Below are positions 52,717 through 62,525 of a stretch of DNA of 64,000 bases, one piece after another. The number at the start of each line of letters is the position of its first letter. Positions within the stretch are counted from its first letter, which is position 1. The translations under genes were made by a program, and so were the position numbers. Below the pieces are notes generated by a model, which searched no databases, was not told the DNA's origin, and was given only the letters and a program-made list of their open reading frames with translations. Source of the DNA: Synechococcus sp. (GTDB taxonomy: Bacteria; Cyanobacteriota; Cyanobacteriia; Thermostichales; PCC-7336); assembly GCA_051439425.1 (NCBI GenBank), contig JBFRWD010000110.1, positions 1 through 64,000 of the forward strand, read 5' to 3'.

Positions 52717-55500
52717 ATGTCAAAAATAACATCCCCTTTCCACGCAGTAAAAATTCCGTTGCAGCTGATTCTAGTTGCCCCTTTCCTGCTACAAATCGGA
52801 CTGGTGGTTGGAGTGACGGCATGGATTTCGGTGCGTAACGGCCAGAGAGCCGTTAACGAACTGGCTAGTCAATTGCGGAACGAGGTAGGGAAACGAGTCG
52901 AGCAAACTCTAGGCGATCGCCTCAATATGGCTCGGGTCGTGACCCAAATCAATGCCGACGGTATTCGCCTCGGTAATTTAAATCTGGACGATCGCGCAGC
53001 GGCCACCAAGTATCTGCTCGCGCAACAACAGCTGTTTTCCAGACTGAGCGGCATCACAATTGCCACAGAGGAACCCAACTACATGGGATTGGCGGTGACT
53101 GATGATGGCACAAATATATTGACAGTATGGAATCATTACGATGCAGGAGTTATTGACTACAACCTGAATTCTGGTGGGGAAATCGAGTCGATTTCGAAAG
53201 TTGATACAGACTACGATCACCGGCAGCGTCCTTGGTACCGAGCAGCCTTCGCTGAAGGCCAGCCTGTTTGGCAAGCTCCTTACTTAACAGTGAATCCCGC
53301 CCGGTTAGTGGTCTCGTTCGAACGCCCATTGCATGACTCGTTTGGAAATATTCAAGGGGTAACCGATGCAGAGCTGTCGCTGACAGATATCAGCGATTTT
53401 TTACGTGGCTTGAATATCGGACAAACCGGGACTGTGTTTGTTGTGGAAAACAACGGGAATCTCATTGCTAGCTCCACTGCTCAACGTCCTTTCAAAATCG
53501 ATCCTGAAACCGATCGTCCAGAACGTCTGCCAGCAATTGAAAGTCCTGACGATCCCATCCGTGAAACTGTCCGCAGCATTACCGAGCGACTTGGCAGTCT
53601 TGAGGATATTCACGAAGTACAGCAGATAGACTTCAAACTGGACGGCGAGCGACAATACGTTCAGGTCACTCCCTTTCTGCTCGAACCCGGACTGAGCTGG
53701 TCGATCGTGATTTCAGTCCCGCAATCAGAGTTTCTAGGCACGATCCAAGACAATACGAGAGCAACTGTTTTACTCTGCCTGATTGCGTTAGCAATCGCCA
53801 GTAGCACCGGAATTTTTACGTCTCGCCTACTCGTAAAACCCATCAGTCGAATTACACGCGCAGCACAAATACTGTCTCAAGGAAGTCAATATCCTAGTGT
53901 TCCGGAGCCACGCACAAAAGAACTGGCATCTCTGGCTAAAACGTTCAACCAAATGGCGAGGCAAATCCAGGATTCGTTTGCGGCTCTAGAATACAATTCC
54001 CTCCACGATCCGCTGACAGGACTCTTTAATCGCACTGCATTGCAGTCCTACTTACAAGCAGCTATTGACCGCAATCGGGCCCGGCAAGAAGCGGCAATTC
54101 GTAAGATCGATTGTCAAGTCTTAAATACTCTAAAGAGCAATAACTTAACAACACCCGAGCCAAAAAGGAACAGTCAACAGAAAAGTCACGTAGGTGTGCA
54201 AAAGTCGGAAGAGTTGATTGACAAATTAAATCCTGAAAGCATTCAACAGTTTAACACTATCAACAATGACGTCTCGACGTTTGCTGTATTGATTCTAGAT
54301 TTAGACAATTTCAAGCTTGTCAATGATAGCTTCGGCCATCTATTTGGAGATCGATTACTGCTAGAGACAGCGAGAAGATTACAAGACTGTCTATCAGACC
54401 ACAGCTCTCCATCGGTTCAAAATCAGTGTACTATTTCTAGGTTTGGAGGAGATGAATTTGTCATTCTGATTCGTCAGGTTTCCAATCTTGACAGTGTTAA
54501 CCAAGTTGCCAATCAAATATTGTCTTCATTCGAAACACCATTCAATTTGGATGGCATTGAGATATTTATGGGCACTAGTATTGGAGTTGCGATTAGTACG
54601 ATCGGCGGAGATAGCCCAGAACGCTATCTGCGTAATGCGGATATTGCCTTATATCGCGCCAAGAATAGTGGCAAGGCTACGTTCCAAGTTTTTTCTCCAG
54701 ACATGTACCCTGCCGCCTTAGATCGATTACAACTGGGCAATGACTTAAGACGTGCCCTGCAGCAAAGCGAGCTAGAGCTTTACTATCAACCCATCATTGA
54801 CCTGAATACCAGTCAAATCACCTCGTTCGAAGCTTTAATGCGCTGGAATCATCCCAAACGAGGCCAAATATCACCTGCAGAATTTATCCCAATTGCAGAA
54901 GATACCGGATTGATTGTGGAGCTAGATTGGTGGGCTTTACAACAGGCATGCAATCAACTCAAGCAATGGCAGCAATATGAAGGGTATAGCCACATTGAAA
55001 TATGCGTCAATTTATCGAGCAAGCAGTTTTCCCAAAGAGACTTCTTAGAGCAAATCCAGAAAACCTTGGATGAAACGCAACTAAACCCACATTATCTAAA
55101 ACTTGAAATCACTGAAAGTATTTATATGAAATCGGCGATCGCGACAGAAAGAAAGCTAAAACAGCTGAAGGACTTTGGTGTTCAGCTCAGTATTGATGAC
55201 TTTGGGACGGGATATTCAGCACTTAGCTACCTATATCGTTTTCCGATCGATACATTGAAGATAGATCGGTCGTTTATCCATGGTTTAGAGCGGGTCGATG
55301 ACAGTTCGGCAATTGTTGAATCAATACTTCTTTTAGGCGAAAGGTTAGGATTAGACTTGGTTGCAGAAGGTGTCGAAACGCGCGAACAGGCCGAGTGGTT
55401 AAAGAAGAAAGGGTGTAATACAGTGCAAGGATATCTCTATTCCCCGCCTCGACCTGCCAAGCAAATCGATAAACTACTTATTGGAACTATGTCCTTATGA
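52717..55500 (+). CDS. membrane sensor with Cache, HAMP, GGDEF and EAL domains
   Basis: two TMs flanking YDHRQRPWY Cache motif, HAMP, HDPLTGLFNR, RFGGDEF, EALMRW, DDFGTGYS, EGVET. Confidence 0.93.
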   Translation: MSKITSPFHAVKIPLQLILVAPFLLQIGLVVGVTAWISVRNGQRAVNELASQLRNEVGKRVEQTLGDRLNMARVVTQINADGIRLGNLNLDDRAAATKYLLAQQQLFSRLSGITIATEEPNYMGLAVTDDGTNILTVWNHYDAGVIDYNLNSGGEIESISKVDTDYDHRQRPWYRAAFAEGQPVWQAPYLTVNPARLVVSFERPLHDSFGNIQGVTDAELSLTDISDFLRGLNIGQTGTVFVVENNGNLIASSTAQRPFKIDPETDRPERLPAIESPDDPIRETVRSITERLGSLEDIHEVQQIDFKLDGERQYVQVTPFLLEPGLSWSIVISVPQSEFLGTIQDNTRATVLLCLIALAIASSTGIFTSRLLVKPISRITRAAQILSQGSQYPSVPEPRTKELASLAKTFNQMARQIQDSFAALEYNSLHDPLTGLFNRTALQSYLQAAIDRNRARQEAAIRKIDCQVLNTLKSNNLTTPEPKRNSQQKSHVGVQKSEELIDKLNPESIQQFNTINNDVSTFAVLILDLDNFKLVNDSFGHLFGDRLLLETARRLQDCLSDHSSPSVQNQCTISRFGGDEFVILIRQVSNLDSVNQVANQILSSFETPFNLDGIEIFMGTSIGVAISTIGGDSPERYLRNADIALYRAKNSGKATFQVFSPDMYPAALDRLQLGNDLRRALQQSELELYYQPIIDLNTSQITSFEALMRWNHPKRGQISPAEFIPIAEDTGLIVELDWWALQQACNQLKQWQQYEGYSHIEICVNLSSKQFSQRDFLEQIQKTLDETQLNPHYLKLEITESIYMKSAIATERKLKQLKDFGVQLSIDDFGTGYSALSYLYRFPIDTLKIDRSFIHGLERVDDSSAIVESILLLGERLGLDLVAEGVETREQAEWLKKKGCNTVQGYLYSPPRPAKQIDKLLIGTMSL

Positions 55501-55691
55501 GGTGATACTTCGTCTAATCAACGGTAGGTAGTAGATTTAGAAACGCTCTTTTCGTAGATTGACGAAATTGACATGACTTCTAGCAGTGGCCATAACACTG
55601 CGGACATTTCAGCGATGTCCAGACCTAACTGCAATTGTAAACTTTCGTCCTAACTGAAATGGCAAAAACTATATTGTCTAAGCATAAACAA

Positions 55692-55722
55692 AAAATGCCG
55701 CTCCCCGTTAGAGCGGCATTTT
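55692..55722 (-). terminator. terminator downstream of small secreted-protein gene (possibly bidirectional)
   Basis: AAAATGCCGCTC...GAGCGGCATTTT with flanking A-run. Confidence 0.7.
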
Positions 55723-55756
55723 CAATTTCAATAACGTCTATCGACTTGCGAAACCA

Positions 55757-56035
55757 TTATTCGGGGCTGGTGGAGGACAGATCCTGAATCCGCTGAATAA
55801 AGTCACGTCTTGAGGACGATCGAGTAGACGTGACAGGGGAGTCAGACGCGATTTCAACAGCAGAAATCTGACGCTCGCGATCGGCAACAAAGCTGCGGCT
55901 AATTCCGTTTTCAGGACTGGTGGAACGAAGTTCGGCCAATCGTCCTACAATCCCGGCAGAAGCTGGAGCTACAGACAGTACAGTTGCACCAGTCATCGCA
56001 ACGGCTACTAGCAATAGTGTTTTGGAAATTCGCAT
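55757..56035 (-). CDS. small secreted hypothetical protein with duplicated STSPE motif
   Basis: Sec signal ending APASA; own terminator; internal repeat. Confidence 0.7.
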   Translation of the reverse strand: MRISKTLLLVAVAMTGATVLSVAPASAGIVGRLAELRSTSPENGISRSFVADRERQISAVEIASDSPVTSTRSSSRRDFIQRIQDLSSTSPE

Positions 56036-56352
56036 TGTGACCACCTAGAAATGTTGTCGATACTCAATGCCTTAATGCGGTAGCAGAGACTCCAAATGTT
56101 GAGCTGCTGTAACAGGCGCTTCGAGTACGGTTCCTATTGAATGACCCCAGCCTGAGATTGGAATGGATACCGACCGGCAATCCCCTATGAATTAAATGAA
56201 TTTGAAATCATGCTTCACTCAGGGGTCTCTAATAGACGACTGGCGACGTGATGATGGGCCAACCGCAAGGCAAACTCTACTTGCCGTACTTCTCCGCAAA
56301 CCGACAAGCGACACGATTCAAGGTGGCATCCTAAGGTGGCAACTGATTAAAC

Positions 56353-57003
56353 TTATTGGACTCGGCAACGCTCGGCATATCGCCACCACAGATTCATGGG
56401 GAGATACACAGCCGGGGCCCATAGACTGGTAAGGATTGCTGAAATGAAGACTGAATTGCGATAGTTTGTCCAGATTGTCTCCAAAGATTGGCGCACCCAA
56501 TGTCCAAGGGCTTCATCCCACCCCAAAACAAGCGAGTGCTGACTAGCCAGTACGGTCTCGGCAATGATGACCATGCCAAAGACGAGCAGTGCAACAGTAA
56601 TAAACTCCTCTTTCACCGACCGCTGCTTGTTCAATAGGGATGTCATCCCTCCCACAATCGCAAATCCTACCGCATGTGTCGGTTGGTGATAGGTGATGGA
56701 ATCGTACAAAAAACCCATCACGGCTCCTGCCAGCACTCCCTGCCACAAGGGCCGACTGACGCTCCAGCAGACCACCCAAATTAGAGGCCAATTAGGTGTG
56801 ACCCCCGCTAGCACCATACCGGGCAGGCGTATCCAGCTCGCAAGAATACAGACAACAGCAGAGCCCGCAGTCACCAGCCAGTTACTGACCGACGCCATCA
56901 AAAGCCAGCTATTCGGAACTAGGCGATTTGAGATTCCCTTCGATGGGTGGGTTAGGGGGTTCATGTCCAAGGGCGATCGTTCTTCAGAAAGACTAGGCTT
57001 CAA
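56353..57003 (-). CDS. mreD: rod shape-determining protein MreD
   Basis: RLPGM.LAGV.PNWPLIWVV.WS; follows mreC; start uncertain. Confidence 0.88.
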   Translation of the reverse strand: MKPSLSEERSPLDMNPLTHPSKGISNRLVPNSWLLMASVSNWLVTAGSAVVCILASWIRLPGMVLAGVTPNWPLIWVVCWSVSRPLWQGVLAGAVMGFLYDSITYHQPTHAVGFAIVGGMTSLLNKQRSVKEEFITVALLVFGMVIIAETVLASQHSLVLGWDEALGHWVRQSLETIWTNYRNSVFISAILTSLWAPAVYLPMNLWWRYAERCRVQ

Positions 57004-57008
57004 GCGAT

Positions 57009-57830
57009 TTACTCATCAGGAGGTTGATTTATAGTGGGGTCCCGATCGGTGGTTTCGAGGACAGGGGCAATAGGAACTTCGTTAGCTGTCTGAAAGCTGT
57101 AGATCAATGCCCATTCCAACCGATCGAGGGGAGCGAACAACTCGACAATGACTTCAGGCGCTGGGCTGGCCCTTAAGTCGAACGATTCTACTCGACCAAT
57201 GGGAATTCCTCCTGGGTACAAACTGCTGAGACTGGAAGATAAAACAGTTTCTCCCACATGAATATTGGGAGAGCGCTCCAACAGCTCAATAACAGCTCGC
57301 TGAGAACCCAGTCCGCGCATAATCCCTCTGGCTCGCGAGTCACCAAACGTAACGCCTAACTGACTGCTGGGGTCGCTAATCAATAGCACTCGACTAGTGT
57401 TAGGAGACACAGCATCCACCCGCCCCACCAACCCACCAGGAGCCATTACTACATCCCCCACCACTACCCCTTGATTGGTGCCCTTGCTGAGGGTGAATTG
57501 ATGCCACCAGCGATCGACAGAGCGGCCAATAACCTCAGCAGCCATGCCGTCATCACCTACTCGCCGTTGAATATCGAGCAGCTCTCGTAGTAAACGATTT
57601 TGAAACTCCAACTCACCGACTTGAGCTCGTAGCTCTCGATTGGCGGAGGAGGACAGTGCACTATCTAGATCGACTTTGGGGCGAAATGGGGCCGACAAGA
57701 GCGCATACACTTCAACCAACAGGCTGCCGTGAGTCTGGCGTACAACAAGAGCTGCACTGAGTGCTAGAACCGCTAACAAGGCCGGGACACCAACCCGACC
57801 CCAAAATCTGCGAGTTGAATCTAATGCCAT
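57009..57830 (-). CDS. mreC: rod shape-determining protein MreC
   Basis: TM, coiled coil, GGLVGRV, SRVLLISDP, YPGGIPIG; start moved to MALDST. Confidence 0.92.
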   Translation of the reverse strand: MALDSTRRFWGRVGVPALLAVLALSAALVVRQTHGSLLVEVYALLSAPFRPKVDLDSALSSSANRELRAQVGELEFQNRLLRELLDIQRRVGDDGMAAEVIGRSVDRWWHQFTLSKGTNQGVVVGDVVMAPGGLVGRVDAVSPNTSRVLLISDPSSQLGVTFGDSRARGIMRGLGSQRAVIELLERSPNIHVGETVLSSSLSSLYPGGIPIGRVESFDLRASPAPEVIVELFAPLDRLEWALIYSFQTANEVPIAPVLETTDRDPTINQPPDE

Positions 57831-57978
57831 TACTCTGGGAAGACCTTGGGTGGCGGGGACAACGCTGGAAAGGGAAGAAACAGATAGATATGGGTTAAAC
57901 GGCGAATAGATAAATGAGATGTTGGAGGGCTGAGAAGACAGAACAGAGAACAAAAAAGGCTGAAAATACCGAACCTCA

Positions 57979-59007
57979 CTAACTTCTATAGCTACTGCTG
58001 ACCACACGTTGAAGCTCGTCAAAGCGTTCGAGTACTTGACCGGTGCCTTCGACTACGCATCGGAGCGGATCGGCAGCGATGTGAACCAAAATACCAGTTT
58101 CGTGGGAAATCAAGGTGTCGAGCCCGCGTAGTAATGCCCCACCACCCGCCAGCACAATGCCGCGATCGATAATGTCTGCAGCTAATTCAGGTGGGGTGCG
58201 CTCCAATGTACTTTTGATCGCTTCCACAATTGTTGATAGAGATTCGGACATGCATTCGCGCACTTCCGGACTCTTGACGGTGACCGTGCGGGGCAGCCCC
58301 GACAGCATGTGCAAACCTCTCACCTCCAGAGATAACTCCTCTCGGGTGGGATAGGCAGAGCCGATGCGCATCTTGATTTCTTCTGCGGTTCGCTCCCCCA
58401 CCACTAAGTTATGAACTTTCTTGAGATAGAGCGAAATCGAGTCCGTCAGCTCGTCCCCAGCAATCCGAACAGATTCGCTGAGTACGGTGCCCTGCATACT
58501 GAGTACAGCCACTTCGGTCGTACCGCCACCGATGTCTATAATCATGTTGCCCGTGGGTTCGGTTACCGGGAGTCCGGCCCCGATCGCCGCCGCCATAGGC
58601 TCGTCTACTAAATGCACTTCGCGAGCCCCGGCTTGACCGGCGGCATCCATCACGGCCCGCCGCTCCACACCAGTAATCCCGCTGGGGACACCAATGACGA
58701 CACGCGGAGCCACCAGCGATCGTCCCTCGTGGACTCGGTGAATGAAATGCTTCAGCATCATCTCGGCAATGTCGATATCGACAATCACTCCATCCCGCAG
58801 GGGACGAACAGCATCGATATTGCGGGGGGTACGCCCCAAAATTTGTTTAGCTTCAGCACCAATATGGAGTGGGACTCGCGTTTGTTGGTCGATCGCCACC
58901 ACAGACGGTTCCGCAAGAACAACCCCCCTACCGGCAAGAAATACCAGCGTATTTGCTGTGCCCAAGTCAATTCCCATATCGCGGGAAAACCGGTCAAAAA
59001 TTCCCAC
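57979..59007 (-). CDS. mreB: rod shape-determining protein MreB
   Basis: GIDLGTANT, EPMAAAIGAG, DIGGGTTEVA, LAGGGALL. Confidence 0.98.
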   Translation of the reverse strand: MGIFDRFSRDMGIDLGTANTLVFLAGRGVVLAEPSVVAIDQQTRVPLHIGAEAKQILGRTPRNIDAVRPLRDGVIVDIDIAEMMLKHFIHRVHEGRSLVAPRVVIGVPSGITGVERRAVMDAAGQAGAREVHLVDEPMAAAIGAGLPVTEPTGNMIIDIGGGTTEVAVLSMQGTVLSESVRIAGDELTDSISLYLKKVHNLVVGERTAEEIKMRIGSAYPTREELSLEVRGLHMLSGLPRTVTVKSPEVRECMSESLSTIVEAIKSTLERTPPELAADIIDRGIVLAGGGALLRGLDTLISHETGILVHIAADPLRCVVEGTGQVLERFDELQRVVSSSYRS

Positions 59008-59570
59008 CGTCGTTCACCCCGTAGTTAACACGCTAATTACAGTCCCAACCCAATTGTTACCTGCCCAACCACTGACGTCTCGCTAACAATGCAAATGCTT
59101 TAACGATGTAAATGATTTAATCGTGCTTATCCTCTTTAGCAATGGGATTTTCTGCTCCTTGCGAGGCAAAGCCCTCCCTTGCTTAACGCTCTTGCGCCCA
59201 ATTTTATGTAGATACCAACAACCGACCAGCGCCTAAATCGACTCACCCAAATAACTTGGAGATCGTGTCAACGCTATCGAGAGGGATATCCAAAGCAAGG
59301 AAGGCAGCCAACGTTACCTGTATAGCAAAAACAACGTAGGCTCGCTTGCTAGACACAAATTATTCAACACAGGGCCAGTGTACTTCAGGCAATCTCAACA
59401 GACATCCTTAGTAAATCATGATTTTTTGACGGTTAATTTGTCCTAGCGTTGGACATTTTTGATAGCGAAAATCATCTACCGTTGCATCAAAGTACCTTTC
59501 GAATTTAATAGTATCGATGCAGTTAATGCGGACTCAGGTCTACTGTTTTTCAGTTAGAGTCCCGTCATAT

Positions 59571-60281
59571 TTAGAAATCGCCATCCAGTCCCAGTTCCTC
59601 GTATTTGGCTTTGACTTTTTGAATGTCTTGCCACATTAGCCATTTCGGGCTGCCTTGCTTGCGAGACTGGTTCCTCAATAGGTACGCAGGGTGAAAAATC
59701 GGCATCGTCAAGCGGCCTTCCCACTCAAACCATTCCCCACGGATCTTAGTGATGCCCCGCTTCTCCTTCAAGATGGCCCGCACGGCGGTTGCCCCGGTCA
59801 GCAGAATAATTTGCGGATCGATAATGCGAATCTGTTCCATCAGGTATGGCTTACAGGCATCCATCTCGGCAGGGCTGGGAGTGCGGTTGCCAGGGGGACG
59901 ACATTTGACCACGTTACAGATATAGACATCCGCTTGGGGGTCGAGTTCGACGGATTGGAGGATTTTGTCCAAGAGCTGGCCGGACTTGCCTACAAACGGT
60001 AATCCCTGTTCGTCTTCGTTCTGTCCCGGCCCTTCCCCAATCACCATCAACTTGGCCTGTGGGTTCCCTCGCTGAACCACAATATTGGTGCGTCCGGTAT
60101 GGAGTTCACAGCGCTGACAACGTCCGCAATGGTCTTTCAGGGCCTCAAGAGTATCGTAAGTGCCCGGCGGAATGGGGATTGAATTATCGAGTGGTATGCG
60201 TTCTTGCAGGTCGCCCACAAGAGGTGTGGGACTTTCAGCTTGAGCGGTACCAAAAAGAGAAGGTTGCAGGTCGTCTGTCAT
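59571..60281 (-). CDS. uracil-DNA glycosylase family 4 (Fe-S type)
   Basis: CQRC, GEGPG, PFVG, NVVKCRPP.NR.P, FHPAYLLR. Confidence 0.93.
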   Translation of the reverse strand: MTDDLQPSLFGTAQAESPTPLVGDLQERIPLDNSIPIPPGTYDTLEALKDHCGRCQRCELHTGRTNIVVQRGNPQAKLMVIGEGPGQNEDEQGLPFVGKSGQLLDKILQSVELDPQADVYICNVVKCRPPGNRTPSPAEMDACKPYLMEQIRIIDPQIILLTGATAVRAILKEKRGITKIRGEWFEWEGRLTMPIFHPAYLLRNQSRKQGSPKWLMWQDIQKVKAKYEELGLDGDF

Positions 60282-60563
60282 GCAGGGGCCAACGGTAGAC
60301 GGTTATTGCCCTTCATTATGGTGGGGAGCGCTCGCCTCTCCCGCTCCGCTCTTAGTTTTTCTCAAGCTCTGATTGAATGGCCGTAAACACCCCATGGCAG
60401 ATATTTCAGGTATGTTGTCTTGAATTATGCCGAGAGTCCTCTTTATTTGAATGAGATAGCAAGCGCCATAACCCATTTGCCTACAATCCGACAGAACGCC
60501 ACAATGAGGGCTACCTTGTAGACACATCCCAACCTATTCACCCTTGCTAGTGCCTCTTGCGGA

Positions 60564-61544
60564 ATGAAAGACATCAATTACCTGCGCATTAGCCTGATCG
60601 ATCGCTGCAATTTTCGCTGTCAGTACTGCATGCCTGGTGACGAGGAGATGGCCTGGCTGGAGCGACAGGAGCTTCTGACCAAAGACGAGCTGCTGTTTCT
60701 GTTGCAATCGGTGTTTATTCCACTGGGATTTGACAAGTTTCGCTTGACGGGAGGAGAGCCGCTGCTACGTCGAGATGTAGTGGAGCTAGTACGAGAAATT
60801 CAGCAGTTGGGCGGAGTGGCAGATTTGGCCATGACCACCAATGGCTATGTATTGGAGGAGAAAGCCGAGCAGTTGTACGAGGCAGGCCTGAGACGCATCA
60901 ACATCAGCTTGGATTCACTCGATGCAGATACGTTCCGGCACATTACTGGACGGGATTTGTGGAGCAAGGTGTGGGGAGGGATTAAAACGGCTTATGACGT
61001 TGGCTTCGATCCTCTGAAGTTGAATGTGGTAGTTATCCCGGGAGTAAACGATCGCGAAGTAGAAGACCTAGCAGCTTTGTCAATCGACCGGGCTTGGCAC
61101 GTACGCTTCATCGAATTTATGCCAATTGGGAATGACCTGTTGTTTGGCGATCGCGGCTGGGTGGATTCGGAACGGCTACGGCAGCGGATCCGCGATCGGT
61201 TTGGATTGGAAGCGGGAACGGTGACTGGGAATGGCCCCGCCGATATTTTCCGTATCCCAGGAGCCAAAGGGACGCTGGGGTTCATTAGTCAGATGTCGGA
61301 GTGTTTTTGCGAGAACTGCAATCGGATTCGCCTATCGGCAGATGGTTGGTTGCGCCCCTGTTTATTGAACGAGTCCGGACAAATTGACCTCAAATCGGCA
61401 CTGAGAAGCGGAGAGTCAGCTGACAGCCTGCAAACCCGGGTGAAGACCTTGCTGCAAGAGAAAGAGGATATTAATTTCATCGATCGCAATCGCGGCACCA
61501 CCGGACAGCGCTACACACGCACGATGTCTCAAATTGGTGGCTAA
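60564..61544 (+). CDS. moaA: GTP 3',8-cyclase (molybdenum cofactor biosynthesis)
   Basis: CNFRCQYC radical SAM motif, LTGGEP, C..CNRIR...PCL, C-terminal MSQIGG. Confidence 0.97.
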   Translation: MKDINYLRISLIDRCNFRCQYCMPGDEEMAWLERQELLTKDELLFLLQSVFIPLGFDKFRLTGGEPLLRRDVVELVREIQQLGGVADLAMTTNGYVLEEKAEQLYEAGLRRINISLDSLDADTFRHITGRDLWSKVWGGIKTAYDVGFDPLKLNVVVIPGVNDREVEDLAALSIDRAWHVRFIEFMPIGNDLLFGDRGWVDSERLRQRIRDRFGLEAGTVTGNGPADIFRIPGAKGTLGFISQMSECFCENCNRIRLSADGWLRPCLLNESGQIDLKSALRSGESADSLQTRVKTLLQEKEDINFIDRNRGTTGQRYTRTMSQIGG

Positions 61545-61601
61545 TGTCCCAACCAAGAAGCGGAATGGCCTGAGCGCACGTCATAAAAATGGCAAAAAGG
61601 A

Positions 61602-61631
61602 ACTCCCTCCAAAATTGAATCTGGAGGGAGT
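61602..61631. terminator. hairpin between convergent moaA and psb34-like gene
   Basis: ACTCCCTCCA...TGGAGGGAGT. Confidence 0.55.
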
Positions 61632-61786
61632 CTGGTTGCAAGTTCTGCAATGCCTATCGACGGATACCTCAATATCTCCGAGATAGTAGAGAAAAGCCTT
61701 CAAGATTCATTCAATGCAAAAGTCAATTTGCGCAGCAGTCATTACCGAGATCTGCTCCCAGAAAACTGGCAGCAATTTGGCAATAA

Positions 61787-61957
61787 TTAGGATACCGAGA
61801 CGGCAACCCACATGAGGCCGCCGAGCAGAGCAACGGCAATCGCACCAAAAACGGCGTACTGGATCTTTTGCTGCTTAGTGGGAGGCTCAGCAATCCGATC
61901 TTTGGTTTCGACCGGGAAATTATTCATCACTCCGCGTTCATCTTGGGTATAGGGCAT
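61787..61957 (-). CDS. psb34: Psb34/Ssl1498-family photosystem II assembly microprotein (56 aa), absent from ORF track
   Basis: MPYTQDERGVMNNFPVETKDRIAEPPTKQQKIQYAVFGAIAVALLGGLMWVAVSVS; D.G..NNF..E...AEPP...Q + single C-terminal TM; GGAG RBS. Confidence 0.8.
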   Translation of the reverse strand: MPYTQDERGVMNNFPVETKDRIAEPPTKQQKIQYAVFGAIAVALLGGLMWVAVSVS

Positions 61958-62525
61958 TGGGGACTCCGAACTTAACCATTTGATAAATAACTATAAGTCA
62001 TTGTCATGACGGGTGCAGGAGTGAAAGGACAGGCGGGCATTGGAAAACATAGCCTCTGTTCGAGCGACCTCTTTAGGCCTCAAACATCAACGAGTCGACT
62101 CAGTAGTTGGGAATATGGCGATCGCCAATCCGCAATGGAGAGTTTCCTAAGTGCTTTTCCTTGCCAATGAAGGATTCTAGCGGTCTCAACACTCCAAACC
62201 GTAGAGCAGATTGCTATCCCTGCGGCCCTATCCAGTCAGTTTGGACAATCGGTGTGAAGGGTTGATTGGGATTGATGGGAATCGAGGGAAGGGCGCAATC
62301 GAAACGGTCTGCCCACTTGTCGATCTATTGGGAATAGTCAGGCGATCGCAATCACTTAGCTGAAGGGTCTGACAATCGTGACTTTTGGGAAGAAAGATGT
62401 GCCAAAGGCCCATACAATGGGATAGTTTTGCCTTGCCGTAGAAACGTAGCGAGTGTTACATCGGGGTTTCCGCCGATGTTAGCCGGTACCCACAACTCGG
62501 CCCTCACAACAATTAGGAGACGTCC

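Noticed and set aside
59295..59315. AGGAAGGCAGCC resembling SRP RNA domain IV
   Set aside because: Lacks the CAGG...GGAA...AGCAG arrangement and long stem.
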